Below are positions 9,757-19,367 of a stretch of 64,000 bases of DNA, piece after piece (positions within the stretch are counted from its first letter, which is position 1; the number at the start of each line of letters is the position of its first letter). The stretch covers positions 8,370 to 72,369 of the forward strand of contig MGEK01000033.1 of NCBI GenBank assembly GCA_001791325.1, given 5' to 3'. The position numbers were made by a program, and so were the translations under genes. Origin of the DNA: Candidatus Uhrbacteria bacterium RIFCSPLOWO2_01_FULL_47_25. Its GTDB lineage: Bacteria; Patescibacteriota; Patescibacteriia; GWA2-46-9. The notes under the pieces are model-generated. The model did not search any database and was not told the origin of the DNA. It saw only the letters and a program-made list of their open reading frames with translations.

Positions 9757-10542
9757 ATGTGGAGCGCTGTCGTATCGTTTTATACCACGTTCTTCTATGA
9801 GCCACTCTTCAACCTGCTCGTGCTTATCTACAACATTCTGCCAGGACACGATTTGGCGGTAGCCATTGTTGTGCTGACCCTCATCACCCGAGTCGTGTTG
9901 TACCCCATTTCCCACTGGTCCATTCGGAAACAGAAGATGCTGCAAGACTTGCAGCCAAAACTCGAAGCCTTGAAGGCGCAGTACAAAGACAGTCGCGAGA
10001 AGCAAGCTGAGGCGCAGATGAAGCTCTTCAAAGACGAGAAGGTGAACCCCCTCTCGTCGTGTTTGCCCACACTCCTCCAGCTACCATTCTTCATTGCTCT
10101 CTTTCAAGTGTTTCAGAATGGGCTGAAGCCGGAGAGTTTGTCGGTTCTGTACCCCTTTGTTTCAAACCCCGGCGGCCTTAATCCCATCGGACTCTGGGGC
10201 CTCCTTGATCTTAGTCATCGTAACATCCCCCTTATCCTGCTGATGGGGGCAGCGCAATTCTGGCAAGGGCATATGTTGCTGCAAAGGCGCCCCCCCATCC
10301 ACACAGGAGGAGCGAAAGATGAGGACATGACTGTGCTCATGAATCAGCAGATGACCTATCTCATGCCGCTTGTTATAATGGGGTTTAGTTGGACGTTTCC
10401 GGCTGGTGTTGCGCTGTATTGGTTCATGACGACGCTCTTTATGGCGCTTCAACAGTGGTATATTTTTCATAAGGATGGCCATAAAAATAAGACTCAAAAA
10501 GATGCAATTAACACACCGACAGATTTTGGGGCTACCAGTTGA
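9757..10542 (+). CDS. yidC: YidC/Oxa1 membrane insertase
   Basis: LQPKLEALK, NPLSSCLPTLLQLP and GVALYW motifs. ATG 9757 is the likely start. Confidence 0.92.
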   Translation: MWSAVVSFYTTFFYEPLFNLLVLIYNILPGHDLAVAIVVLTLITRVVLYPISHWSIRKQKMLQDLQPKLEALKAQYKDSREKQAEAQMKLFKDEKVNPLSSCLPTLLQLPFFIALFQVFQNGLKPESLSVLYPFVSNPGGLNPIGLWGLLDLSHRNIPLILLMGAAQFWQGHMLLQRRPPIHTGGAKDEDMTVLMNQQMTYLMPLVIMGFSWTFPAGVALYWFMTTLFMALQQWYIFHKDGHKNKTQKDAINTPTDFGATS

Positions 10543-10765
10543 AACCCGGAGCGGTCAAAAGCTCGGGGTCGTGGCTTCTTTTGAGCTAGATTCTGAACAG
10601 CAAATTGTATCTCGTTATATTGTTAGGCCGGCTTTGGTGCCGCGTTTATTAGCCAAAGAGCTGATTATTAGCGCCGGGCAGGTCGTTGGTTTAACTAATG
10701 AAAAGATGGTTGTTGTTGACAGCGTTGTGCCAGTCGGGGCGGCTGAAGCATCGCCCGCGATTTAG
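10502..10765 (+). CDS. PRC-barrel domain protein
   Basis: ILGLPVETRSGQKLGVVASFELD is a typical PRC-barrel N-terminus. Confidence 0.75.
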   Translation: MQLTHRQILGLPVETRSGQKLGVVASFELDSEQQIVSRYIVRPALVPRLLAKELIISAGQVVGLTNEKMVVVDSVVPVGAAEASPAI

Positions 10766-10772
10766 TTTTATA

Positions 10773-11510
10773 TTAGAAAGCGCGCTCCCGACCCACTATC
10801 ATTTTCAGCATTTTGGGAATAACCTCAATCGTCGCTGGCAACTTAATCGTATAGGCATTTTCGGCAACCGCCGTGCCGGTGCTGGCGTTCGCAGCCAAAA
10901 TAGTGCCGTGGCGCAACGGAACGACACTGCGTTTTTTGCGGCCCCACCAACCCCTCCCCCCAGATTCAATGGTGGCCTCAAGATAACCGTCTTGACAGTT
11001 TGTGCCTATCCCAAGATTGGCGATAATTAGAGCCGAGCGCGGATCAAGTGGTCGCAGTGTATAGCTGTCTTCGCAGCGCAACGCCAGAGAGTCGCTCGCC
11101 TGGAGGCGAGCTGAAGTTAAGAAATAATGATTATTTATTTTTCCAAGATCAACAACCTCGGTTTTACGTGCCGCCAGAACAGTTACCGCTCCTAACCCTC
11201 CGGGAATTCCGAGCATTGTTGCGACATTACTGGGCTTACCTATTGGAATTATACCCAAGGCTATACTACCAGTCCCCAACGGAACCATGGCATTGATTGC
11301 CAAAGCGACCGTTTGATCGTTGCCTACCGCCACAATGGTTTTGGCCCCTCCTTTTAAGGCGTTTTTAATGAGTTCTGTGGCACTTTTTAGGGGGCTCAAG
11401 CGTCCTGTTCTTCCCTGCAGCCCAAGGTCAGTCAGGCGTGTTTCAATATCCGCGAGCTGGCGATAATACTTTGATTCAGCCAACGACGCATCGTAGAGAT
11501 AAAAATACAT
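10773..11510 (-). CDS. Diacylglycerol kinase catalytic-domain family protein
   Basis: TIVAVGNDQT, LGIIPIG and DLGKIN motifs. Start MYFYLYD at 11510. Confidence 0.75.
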   Translation of the reverse strand: MYFYLYDASLAESKYYRQLADIETRLTDLGLQGRTGRLSPLKSATELIKNALKGGAKTIVAVGNDQTVALAINAMVPLGTGSIALGIIPIGKPSNVATMLGIPGGLGAVTVLAARKTEVVDLGKINNHYFLTSARLQASDSLALRCEDSYTLRPLDPRSALIIANLGIGTNCQDGYLEATIESGGRGWWGRKKRSVVPLRHGTILAANASTGTAVAENAYTIKLPATIEVIPKMLKMIVGRERAF

Positions 11511-11531
11511 ACAATCGTAAATCCTAAGCAC

Positions 11532-11668
11532 GAATACCTAATTTCTTCAGCCCATGGCTGATCCGCCTCGGGCGGAAAACAGTAAATCACAAATATCAAT
11601 CGTTTGGAACATTGGAATCTCGAATTTAGCTATTGTTTAGAGATTATAAATTAGAGATTAGATATTGG
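11532..11668. repeat. AT-rich heptamer-periodic inverted repeat, copy 2, containing a TCCGCCTCGGGCGGA palindrome
   Basis: Right arm TATTGTTTAGAGATTATAAATTAGAGATTAGATATT matches 8863-8898; GC palindrome at 11562-11576. Confidence 0.6.
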
Positions 11669-11671
11669 GAC

Positions 11672-12079
11672 TTACACCGGGGGGCGTTTAATGCCATTAT
11701 TGTCTTTGGGGTTGACTGGTTTTATGCCCCCACTTTCTATGCCCCCCATAGTGCATTTACCGTTGAGGATTGCTCCTTCGGCCACGACAAGCGTTTTTGT
11801 TATTACATCTCCGTCCACGCGGCTTCCTGGGGTAAGCTCAAGGCGATCCTTGGCCGCAATATTACCTTTGACGTGACCAGACACCACCACTGATTCGGCC
11901 TTAACATTGGCATCAATTTGGGCAGACTTTCCTATTGTTAGGTTTTGGTTAGTGGTGATAGTCCCCTGCACGGCGCCACAAATAAGCATAGAACCCTCGC
12001 CCACAAAATTGCCCTCAACATGAACGCCCTCGGCGATAACTGTTGCCCCCTCAAACGCTCCTTGATTTTTATTGAACAT
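11672..12079 (-). CDS. Bactofilin (polymer-forming cytoskeletal protein)
   Basis: TVIAEGVHVEGNF...VVVSGHVKGNI...LVVAEGAILNGKCTM pattern. Confidence 0.9.
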   Translation of the reverse strand: MFNKNQGAFEGATVIAEGVHVEGNFVGEGSMLICGAVQGTITTNQNLTIGKSAQIDANVKAESVVVSGHVKGNIAAKDRLELTPGSRVDGDVITKTLVVAEGAILNGKCTMGGIESGGIKPVNPKDNNGIKRPPV

Positions 12080-12241
12080 AAGGCATAAATTAATGTATTA
12101 AACACTCCAATCCTATAGTCTCTGGCGGGGTTTGTCAAAACTGTTGAGGCGCGCTATCCTGCCCTCACCCCGTTAGGCTCCCCCTGTAGTTTCCGCTAGA
12201 GGCGGATCCGTCCTTGGCGGACAATGCCATACCAAAATTGC

Positions 12242-12313
12242 GCCCCCGTAGTTCAAGGGATAGAACAGCGGACTCCTAAGCCGCGGATGACCGTTCAACT
12301 CGGTCCGGGGGCA
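12242..12313 (+). tRNA. tRNA-Arg(CCT)
   Basis: Cloverleaf GCCCCCG..CGGGGGC-A, anticodon loop CT-CCT-AA, T-arm GACCG TTCAACT CGGTC. Confidence 0.9.
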
Positions 12314-12343
12314 GATGGTTAACTATAATGCAGCTATTTGATT

Positions 12344-12679
12344 ATGAAAATTATTAAATATAATAAACTGATACGGGATAAAATTCCGCAAATCATCAAA
12401 CAACATAAGGCCGTCCCAAAAATCAGCCAGCTTAGCCAAAGAGCGTTTGTTCAAGAGTTAAAGAAAAAACTTATAGAGGAATCATCTGAATTGAAAAAAG
12501 CCAAAAGCAAAAAAGAGTTCTTAAATGAACTGGCTGATGTTTTAGAAGTTTTACGGACTTTAGCCAGAGTTAAAAAATTAAGCTGGCGAGCGGTGGAAAC
12601 CAAAAGAAAATTTAAAAACAAAGAACGGGGTGGTTTTAGTAAAGGGCTTTTTCTTAAAGAGGTGAGAGAGCAGTCTTAA
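12344..12679 (+). CDS. MazG-like/phosphoribosyl-ATP pyrophosphohydrolase family nucleotide pyrophosphatase
   Basis: YNKLIRDKIPQII, KLIEE, ELADVLEVL and KERGGF motifs. Confidence 0.85.
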   Translation: MKIIKYNKLIRDKIPQIIKQHKAVPKISQLSQRAFVQELKKKLIEESSELKKAKSKKEFLNELADVLEVLRTLARVKKLSWRAVETKRKFKNKERGGFSKGLFLKEVREQS

Positions 12680-12709
12680 TATAAGTTAATAGTCCTTGAT
12701 ATTTTAGGT

Positions 12710-12775
12710 GGGCCTGTCGTAAAGTGGTATTACCCACGCACTATCCGCTCCTTGCAGAAGGGCGGGGCAGGCGCT
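12710..12775 (+). pseudogene. Degenerate tRNA-Ala 5' fragment
   Basis: GGGCCTGTCGTAAAGTGGTATTAC resembles the 5' 24 nt of the tRNA-Ala genes at 12825 and 51639; no T-arm follows. Confidence 0.5.
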
Positions 12776-12824
12776 GCATTTTCGTCTCGTGCTAAATTAT
12801 TATTTATTAAGTTTGTGGTTGGCT

Positions 12825-12895
12825 GGGCCCATAGTAAAGTGGTATTACGGTGCATTCGCATTGCACAGGCGGGAGTTCGATTCTCCCTGGGTCCA
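12825..12895 (+). tRNA. tRNA-Ala(CGC)
   Basis: Acceptor GGGCCCA/TGGGTCC with G3-U70, anticodon stem GTGCA/TGCAC, loop TT-CGC-AT, TTCGA T-loop. Confidence 0.92.
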
Positions 12896-13036
12896 GCGAG
12901 CTACAAACACTTCTGATAAATAATTTTAGTGCGGGGCGGGTTATGGAAGCGGTCAGCCGGAATTCTCTGTTCAAAACGGGTATAACTTTTTTGGAAAGCC
13001 ACCATCAAACCCACGATAAATCACTTGTATCTAGCC

Positions 13037-13453
13037 ATGTCTACACACAAACATTTGTATAAGCACATCCCTGAAGAATATCGTCAGTATTGGGAGCCGT
13101 ATAAAACGGATAAAGTTTTACTGCATTTAACTACAAGGGTAAATTTTGAGAACATTAAAAAGGTTGGGCATATAGAGCCAAGAGACCCGTTCCCAAAACA
13201 TTGGGCTGGTATAAAAGCCATCTTTTTGGCCGATCCGGATGACCCCCTTTATGCCGAATCTCTCAAGTATGTTCTTGCTCACGTCAAAGAAAAACACAAG
13301 GGATTACTTCGACTGCATATTAAAACAAAAAATGATCTCTACAAGTCTAAAGACCCGGCGAGGACTTTTCAGGTAATGTCGTTATCTCCCATATATTTTG
13401 AAGACATTATTGAAATTGAAAATTTACAGAATTCTAAGGTAGAATATCGTTAA
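13037..13453 (+). CDS. Hypothetical protein, possible ADP-ribosyltransferase-like fold
   Basis: LLHLTT..NFENIKKVGHIEP..AIFLA loosely resembles the KptA/DUF952 pattern; by eye only. Confidence 0.45.
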   Translation: MSTHKHLYKHIPEEYRQYWEPYKTDKVLLHLTTRVNFENIKKVGHIEPRDPFPKHWAGIKAIFLADPDDPLYAESLKYVLAHVKEKHKGLLRLHIKTKNDLYKSKDPARTFQVMSLSPIYFEDIIEIENLQNSKVEYR

Positions 13454-13508
13454 TAATTTGGTTCCAACTTACACCTAGCCCACTAAACTTAAGGGCAATT
13501 TAAACTTT

Positions 13509-13961
13509 ATGAAAAAACGAAGCAAAAATTTACAAACAGTGCTGAACATTCTACGTGACGAAGCGAACGGCGATATTTTATCCGCACTCAAAAAAATGGC
13601 GAAAGATTACACAATGACCTGGGTTGATGCCGGCATAGATGGGAAGCAACTTTTTCCGACCACCAGCAAAGACATCAAAAATGATATGGAAGAGGCGTAT
13701 GTCATAAAAGGCAGACAATATGATATACGGAACATTGCGGAGGGAGACGGGGTAGTATTCGTAGAGCTTATTGAAAGCTACCCGAACCCCAAGACAAGGA
13801 AAGTGTACCGCACGCCACTTGTTCTAGTTTTAGAAATGAAAAATGGGAAAATACGAACTGGCAGACACTATCTTGATCCACGACTATCCGGCAAACTTCT
13901 TTCCAAAATTCAAATTGAGAAAGCGTATAAAAACAACAAAGGTTCAATGTTGGTAATATGA
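13509..13961 (+). CDS. SnoaL/NTF2-like family protein, paralog 1
   Basis: IAEGDGVVFVE...LVLEMKNGKIRTGRHYLDP; about 80% identical to 51746-52201. Confidence 0.8.
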   Translation: MKKRSKNLQTVLNILRDEANGDILSALKKMAKDYTMTWVDAGIDGKQLFPTTSKDIKNDMEEAYVIKGRQYDIRNIAEGDGVVFVELIESYPNPKTRKVYRTPLVLVLEMKNGKIRTGRHYLDPRLSGKLLSKIQIEKAYKNNKGSMLVI

Positions 13962-13980
13962 TAGTTAATTTTAACATTTT

Positions 13981-14694
13981 ATGACAATAGACAGAGAAAC
14001 AAACTACTTTGATCCAGACTACTTGGCTTCTCGGCAAAAAGTAACTAGAGAATATAGGGAATTGGCGGAAGAGCAATTGCCAACGCCGGAAAAAGATTGG
14101 GGGATTATTTGGCCGCTTAGCGGTCCAGATTTAACATTTGAAGAGGACCCTACAACCGCGCCCGAAGAAGCACACAAAACAGTAACCTATAATCAGACCA
14201 AGGGCAGATTTGAAACTGCCTTAAATTTAGCTAAATTGGTAACCGCCCTTAGGACAAATAAAGATTTAAAGGATATCACCATGGCTGATATTGAGCAGGC
14301 AGGCCCCATGATATATTGGAATGGCAGAGCTGCGCACAATAATTATCTAGCCGAATTTGTTGCCAGCGGCGAACTGGAGAAACGTTATAATTTCCCAGCC
14401 AGCAAATTAGCCATTACTGCTAATAGAGAGATAAAACACACCGATGATCAGTTTGAAGATTTCCCTATAAACATTTTACCGCCCGGAGAAAAAGTAATAA
14501 TCGTAACCGATTTCTATCACTTGCCGCGCGTCAAAAGATATGCCCAGAAATATGCCAAGAAACTTCTCCCGGAAGAAGTTGTTTTATACCCGGCCCAACC
14601 CAGCCGTTTGCCGGTAAAAATGGCCATTCAAGAAATTAAAAAGATACACGGCTATTCTCAAGAAGGAATTTTACCACCGGATACAGATAATTGA
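13981..14694 (+). CDS. YdcF/DUF218-like protein
   Basis: PLSG, HTDDQ and IIVTDFYHLPRV motifs. Confidence 0.55.
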   Translation: MTIDRETNYFDPDYLASRQKVTREYRELAEEQLPTPEKDWGIIWPLSGPDLTFEEDPTTAPEEAHKTVTYNQTKGRFETALNLAKLVTALRTNKDLKDITMADIEQAGPMIYWNGRAAHNNYLAEFVASGELEKRYNFPASKLAITANREIKHTDDQFEDFPINILPPGEKVIIVTDFYHLPRVKRYAQKYAKKLLPEEVVLYPAQPSRLPVKMAIQEIKKIHGYSQEGILPPDTDN

Positions 14695-14810
14695 TTTATT
14701 TTAACAGAGTTGATTATTGCTTTTTAAATTATTTGTGATAGGGTGGCTGCATGGGATTTACGGTACGTACATTTATCGTCCACGAGCAGGCAACCTAAAA
14801 GGAGGCAGGG

Positions 14811-15074
14811 ATAAAAAAGGAAGTCGCAACCGCATTACAGAGGATCATCTCACGTGACATTCTCCCGCAACTGGAGGAATCGGAGCAAAAGAGTCAACAC
14901 CCCGAGGAGGATATGCTCGTGGCAGCTATGGCCAATCTGCTTATCGCTGGGCTGAAGGAGTTGGGCAGAGGACGATCATGGGACCTCAATCAGATTCAAG
15001 AGCTAAGGGTAAGGGCAGAGCGTCTCATTGGCGGACTCATGAGATATGACCAAACCGTACGTGGAGACTATTGA
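14811..15074 (+). CDS. Unannotated 87-aa ORF starting at ATA (non-canonical or lost start)
   Basis: AAGGAGG-N5-ATA then an open frame (xKKEVATALQRIISRDILPQLEE...RGDY) ending just before the RBS of the next gene. Confidence 0.5.
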   Translation: MKKEVATALQRIISRDILPQLEESEQKSQHPEEDMLVAAMANLLIAGLKELGRGRSWDLNQIQELRVRAERLIGGLMRYDQTVRGDY

Positions 15075-15090
15075 AGAACAGGAGGGCAGA

Positions 15091-15435
15091 ATGTCACGGG
15101 TAAAAGGCAACGATCCCAGGGGGTCAAAGAGGCTAACGCTGGTCAGAGGAAAGAAAATCCAAGATATGGACCAGGAGCTCAAGTCCATATTTGTCGTGGA
15201 AGATTCAAAAAACCAGCCCACGGGGACGCAGGCATTAATGCTTGCCATACTGGAGGACGGGATTCGGAGCTACCTAAGCCAAGTTCAGCACATTACTGAG
15301 GAGGCAGAGCACTGGGTTAACCTCAATAGGCGCTCGCCATTCAGCTTTGTGGTTGTGTGTGAGACGCTCGACTTGGATCCAGCCAAGGTGCGTGAGGCAC
15401 TCAAGCGAATGCGCGACAAACACACTTCCAAGTAG
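15091..15435 (+). CDS. Hypothetical protein (LMLAILEDG...FSFxxVCETL family)
   Basis: GGAGG-preceded ATG at 15091; motif recalled from Binatota/deltaproteobacterial small proteins. Confidence 0.65.
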   Translation: MSRVKGNDPRGSKRLTLVRGKKIQDMDQELKSIFVVEDSKNQPTGTQALMLAILEDGIRSYLSQVQHITEEAEHWVNLNRRSPFSFVVVCETLDLDPAKVREALKRMRDKHTSK

Positions 15436-15594
15436 TGGCCATCGCGGCCAAAAGAATATCGACTCGTTACTTTCCAGTGACGAGTCGAATGTTTTTCATA
15501 CTAACCTCCATGAGTTCAATTTGTGTGACAAGATTTGTCCTACGAGAGCATGGCTTCTATTTCAGAGTCTTGCTTATTATGATAAAGTAAACTC

Positions 15595-16890
15595 ATGAAA
15601 ATACTCAATGCGAAAAAACTCGCCACTACCCAAGCTCGCCGCGCCGTTTTAGAGATTGCCGAAGCGGGCCTCATGGCCGTGGATACAGGAACGGTCATCA
15701 AGGCGGCTATTAAACTTGAGGACAATCGCTTGTGCGTCAATGATCAGATTTGTTCGCTTGTCGGGGCAAATCGTATTTTTTTGGTGGGCGTTGGCAAGTG
15801 TGCCATTGAGGCGGCCGCGGCCTTGGAAGAAATTTTGGGTGCCAAACTTTTTGATGGCATTGTTTTGGGGGTTGACGGCTCTCCGGCGCAAAATTTAAAA
15901 ACCGTGAAAGTTATGCTCGGCACCCATCCCCTGCCCACTGAAAAAAACATTGCCGCCACTAAAGCCATTGTGGCCATGTTGGATAGTCTTCAGGAAAAAG
16001 ACCTCGTTATTATTATTGTTTCTGGCGGCGGTTCCACATTGCTTTGTTTGCCCGAAGAGGGCGCGACCTGCGTTGAAGAAGGGCTGGTCTTACAACAATT
16101 ATTCCGAGCTGGCGTCAGCATTCAAGATGTTAATACCATTAGAAAACATTTGTCGCTGGCTCGCGGCGGGTATCTGGCTAAATATGCTTATCCCGCCCAA
16201 GTTATTTCTCTGATTTTTTCCGACGTGCCCGGCAATGACCTTGAGTTTATCGCTTCTGGGCCGACCATCAAAGACACAACAACGGTTGTTGATGCTGACG
16301 CCATTTTGGTTAAGTACGGAATTCTGAAGGCCTGCGGCCTGGCACACTGCGGTCTTATAGAAACCCCTAAGGAAGACAAATATTTTGAGCGAGTGCAAAA
16401 TATTCTCTTTGTTTCCAATAAGTTGGCGCTTGAGGCGATGGCCGCAAAGGCGCACGAACTAGGATACGTGCCGACTATTTGCACTGACTGCTTAACCGGC
16501 GAAGCAAGAGAAGTGGGTATCAAGGTATCGGCCGAGCTTCATGCCGTTCCTTCCAAAAGCGTTAGGCTCTATGGCGGCGAGACAACAGTTACCATAAAAG
16601 GCCAAGGAAAGGGCGGGCGTAATCAAGAGCTCGCTCTGGGCGCGCTTAGCGCAATTCAGGCTGAAGAATTAATTATGGCCTTTGCTTCTGACGGCCGCGA
16701 CAACACTGATGCATCTGGCGCTATTTGTGATACAATAATCAAAGAAGAAGCGGCGAGGCTTGGGCTGGCCCCTAATGTCTTTCTTCAAAACAACGATAGT
16801 TATACTTTTTTCAAGCAAACAGGTGGCCATTTAATTACCGGCTACACCGGCTCCAATGTTTCTGATTTGTTAATTGCCCTAAAGAGTTAA
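15595..16890 (+). CDS. Glycerate 2-kinase (MOFRL family)
   Basis: VGVGKCA, SGGGS, SDVPG, ASGPT, GGETTV, GGRNQE and TGSNVSD motifs. Confidence 0.92.
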   Translation: MKILNAKKLATTQARRAVLEIAEAGLMAVDTGTVIKAAIKLEDNRLCVNDQICSLVGANRIFLVGVGKCAIEAAAALEEILGAKLFDGIVLGVDGSPAQNLKTVKVMLGTHPLPTEKNIAATKAIVAMLDSLQEKDLVIIIVSGGGSTLLCLPEEGATCVEEGLVLQQLFRAGVSIQDVNTIRKHLSLARGGYLAKYAYPAQVISLIFSDVPGNDLEFIASGPTIKDTTTVVDADAILVKYGILKACGLAHCGLIETPKEDKYFERVQNILFVSNKLALEAMAAKAHELGYVPTICTDCLTGEAREVGIKVSAELHAVPSKSVRLYGGETTVTIKGQGKGGRNQELALGALSAIQAEELIMAFASDGRDNTDASGAICDTIIKEEAARLGLAPNVFLQNNDSYTFFKQTGGHLITGYTGSNVSDLLIALKS

Positions 16891-16903
16891 TTTAAAAACC
16901 AAC

Positions 16904-19348
16904 ATGACCTCAAAACTAATACTTTGGATGGAACAAGTTGGCATTAAAGATGTGCCCCGAGTGGGTGGCAAAAATGCTTCTTTGGGAGAAATGATTCAAC
17001 GCCTTGGGTCCAAAGGAGTGCGCGTGCCCCACGGCTTCATTGTCACCGCCGATGCTTATCGCTATTTTTTGAAAGAAACCGGCTTGGACTCATTTATCGC
17101 CACCACTTTGAAGGGTTTGGATACGAGTAACTTAAAAGATTTGTCGCGGCGAGGAGAACTTATTCGTCATCGGATAAAGCAGGCGAATTTTCCTAAAGAC
17201 TTAGAGGACGCCGTGCGGCTTGGCTACCAGCAAATGGAAAAGAAGTACGGTCGCAATGTTGATGTGGCTGTTCGTTCTAGCGCCACAGCCGAAGATTTGC
17301 CCGGCGCCAGCTTTGCCGGTGAGCACGATACCTACTTGGGCATTCGCGGCGCTGACAATGTCACCAAAGCCGTGCGCGCGGCTATGTCTTCTCTTTTTAC
17401 TGATCGGGCGATTTCTTACCGAGTGGATAAGGGATTTAAACACTCAGCGGTAGCTCTTTCAGTGGGCGTTCAGCGCATGGTGCGCTCTGACCTTGGCGTC
17501 TCGGGTGTTATTTTTACCGTGGACACGGAGTCTGGGTTCTCGGACGTGGTGATAATTACTGGTTCGTGGGGCTTGGGAGAAATGATTGTGCAAGGAGAAG
17601 TGACGCCGGACGAATTTTTAGTTTGGAAATCAGGAATTAGCCTTAAAGACAAAAAACCCATTATTGGTAAACACCTTGGAGACAAGTCTCGCAAAATGGT
17701 CTATGCGACTCTGGGCGAAGCCAAAACGACTAAGGTGGTACAATGTTCGGCCATAGAAAAAAACAGCTTTATTTTGACGGATAAGGAAATTTTAAAACTT
17801 GCCCATTGGGCTAAGATTATTGAAGACCACTATTCAAAAAAGAATGGCCGCTGGTCGCCTATGGATATTGAATGGGCTAAGGACGGGAAGAGCGGCGAGC
17901 TGTTCATCGTGCAGGCGAGACCCGAAACTGTGCAGGCCGAACGCGATTTTTCCAAAATTAAAGAGCATATCCGCCAAGAGGAAGGGCATCTTATCGCCAA
18001 GGGCATTTCAGTAGGCAGCAGTATTGCTACTGGACGAGCGCATATCATTCTTGACGCTAAACACATTGGGGAATTTAAGAAGGGTGAAATTTTAATAACG
18101 GGAATGACTGACCCTGATTGGGAGCCGATTATGAAGATCGCCTCGGCCATCATTACTGATAAAGGCGGGCGCACTTCTCACGCGGCCATTGTCAGCCGCG
18201 AGCTCGGTATTCCAGCCGTGGTTGGTTGTGGCAATGCCACTCACGAGATCAGCACTGGCGACGTTGTGACCGTGGACACGAGCGGTAGCGATGGGCTGAT
18301 CTTTAGAGGAGCATTAAAGTTTAAAGTTGTTGAGCACGATATTAAAAAATTACCGACGCCCAAAACGCATATTATGATGAACATCGGTACTCCGGAAATC
18401 GCTTTTGAAAAATCCTTCTTACCAAACCGCGGCGTGGGGCTGGCGCGCGAAGAATTCATTATCGCCTCGCACATTGGGGTGCACCCCTTGGCTCTTTTGA
18501 ACTATCGTTTCTTGACACCAAAAATTAAGAAAGCCATAGACAAAAAAACGCGTGGATGGAGCAATCGCATTCAGTTTTATGTTGACAATTTGGCATTCGG
18601 TATTGCCAAAATAGGCGCCGCGTTTTACCCCCACCCTGTTATTGTGCGGTTTTCAGATTTTAAGACGAATGAATACCGCAGCTTGCTCGGTGGTGAGAAA
18701 TATGAACCACTTGAGGAAAACCCGATGCTTGGCTGGCGCGGCGCCTCTCGCTATTACGATCCCAAGTTCAAGGACGCCTTTATTTTAGAATGTAGAGCGT
18801 TGAAAAAAGTGCGCGAAGAAATGGGGCTCACTAATGTTATTCCCATGGTGCCATTTTGCCGAACACCTGCAGAAGGTCTTAAAGTGTTAGAAGTTATGGC
18901 CGAGACAGGGCTCGTGACGCGAGCTGTAAAAAACAGATATCGCGTCGGAGCAGGGTCAATCACGCCGGTTTATATGATGTGCGAGATACCTTCAAACGTT
19001 TTATTGATTGATAAATTTTTAGATATTTTTGACGGGTTTTCTATTGGTTCTAATGACTTAACCCAACTCACGCTTGGTCTTGATCGTGATTCAGGCATTG
19101 TAAACCATGTGGCCAATGAAAAAGATCAGTCGGTGAAAATGTTGATTGCCGCCGCCATCAAGCGCTGCCGTGAGCGTAAAAAATACATTGGCATTTGCGG
19201 GCAAGGGCCGTCTGACTATCCGGATTTTGCCGCCTTCTTGATTGAGGCGGGAATTGAGAGCATGTCCTTGAACCCCGACACCATTGTTAAAACCACACTG
19301 GCCGTGGTTAAAAAAGAGTGGGAGCTTAGCCGAAAAAAACGCCAATAA
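16904..19348 (+). CDS. ppsA: Phosphoenolpyruvate synthase
   Basis: VGGKNASLGEM, VAVRSSATAEDLP, GGRTSHAAIVSRELG and FSIGSNDLTQ motifs. Confidence 0.97.
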   Translation: MTSKLILWMEQVGIKDVPRVGGKNASLGEMIQRLGSKGVRVPHGFIVTADAYRYFLKETGLDSFIATTLKGLDTSNLKDLSRRGELIRHRIKQANFPKDLEDAVRLGYQQMEKKYGRNVDVAVRSSATAEDLPGASFAGEHDTYLGIRGADNVTKAVRAAMSSLFTDRAISYRVDKGFKHSAVALSVGVQRMVRSDLGVSGVIFTVDTESGFSDVVIITGSWGLGEMIVQGEVTPDEFLVWKSGISLKDKKPIIGKHLGDKSRKMVYATLGEAKTTKVVQCSAIEKNSFILTDKEILKLAHWAKIIEDHYSKKNGRWSPMDIEWAKDGKSGELFIVQARPETVQAERDFSKIKEHIRQEEGHLIAKGISVGSSIATGRAHIILDAKHIGEFKKGEILITGMTDPDWEPIMKIASAIITDKGGRTSHAAIVSRELGIPAVVGCGNATHEISTGDVVTVDTSGSDGLIFRGALKFKVVEHDIKKLPTPKTHIMMNIGTPEIAFEKSFLPNRGVGLAREEFIIASHIGVHPLALLNYRFLTPKIKKAIDKKTRGWSNRIQFYVDNLAFGIAKIGAAFYPHPVIVRFSDFKTNEYRSLLGGEKYEPLEENPMLGWRGASRYYDPKFKDAFILECRALKKVREEMGLTNVIPMVPFCRTPAEGLKVLEVMAETGLVTRAVKNRYRVGAGSITPVYMMCEIPSNVLLIDKFLDIFDGFSIGSNDLTQLTLGLDRDSGIVNHVANEKDQSVKMLIAAAIKRCRERKKYIGICGQGPSDYPDFAAFLIEAGIESMSLNPDTIVKTTLAVVKKEWELSRKKRQ

Positions 19349-19367
19349 ATTAATACAAGTATTTACT

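Noticed and set aside
12167-12176. Lone CCCCGTTAGG terminus
   Set aside because: No partner inverted end nearby.
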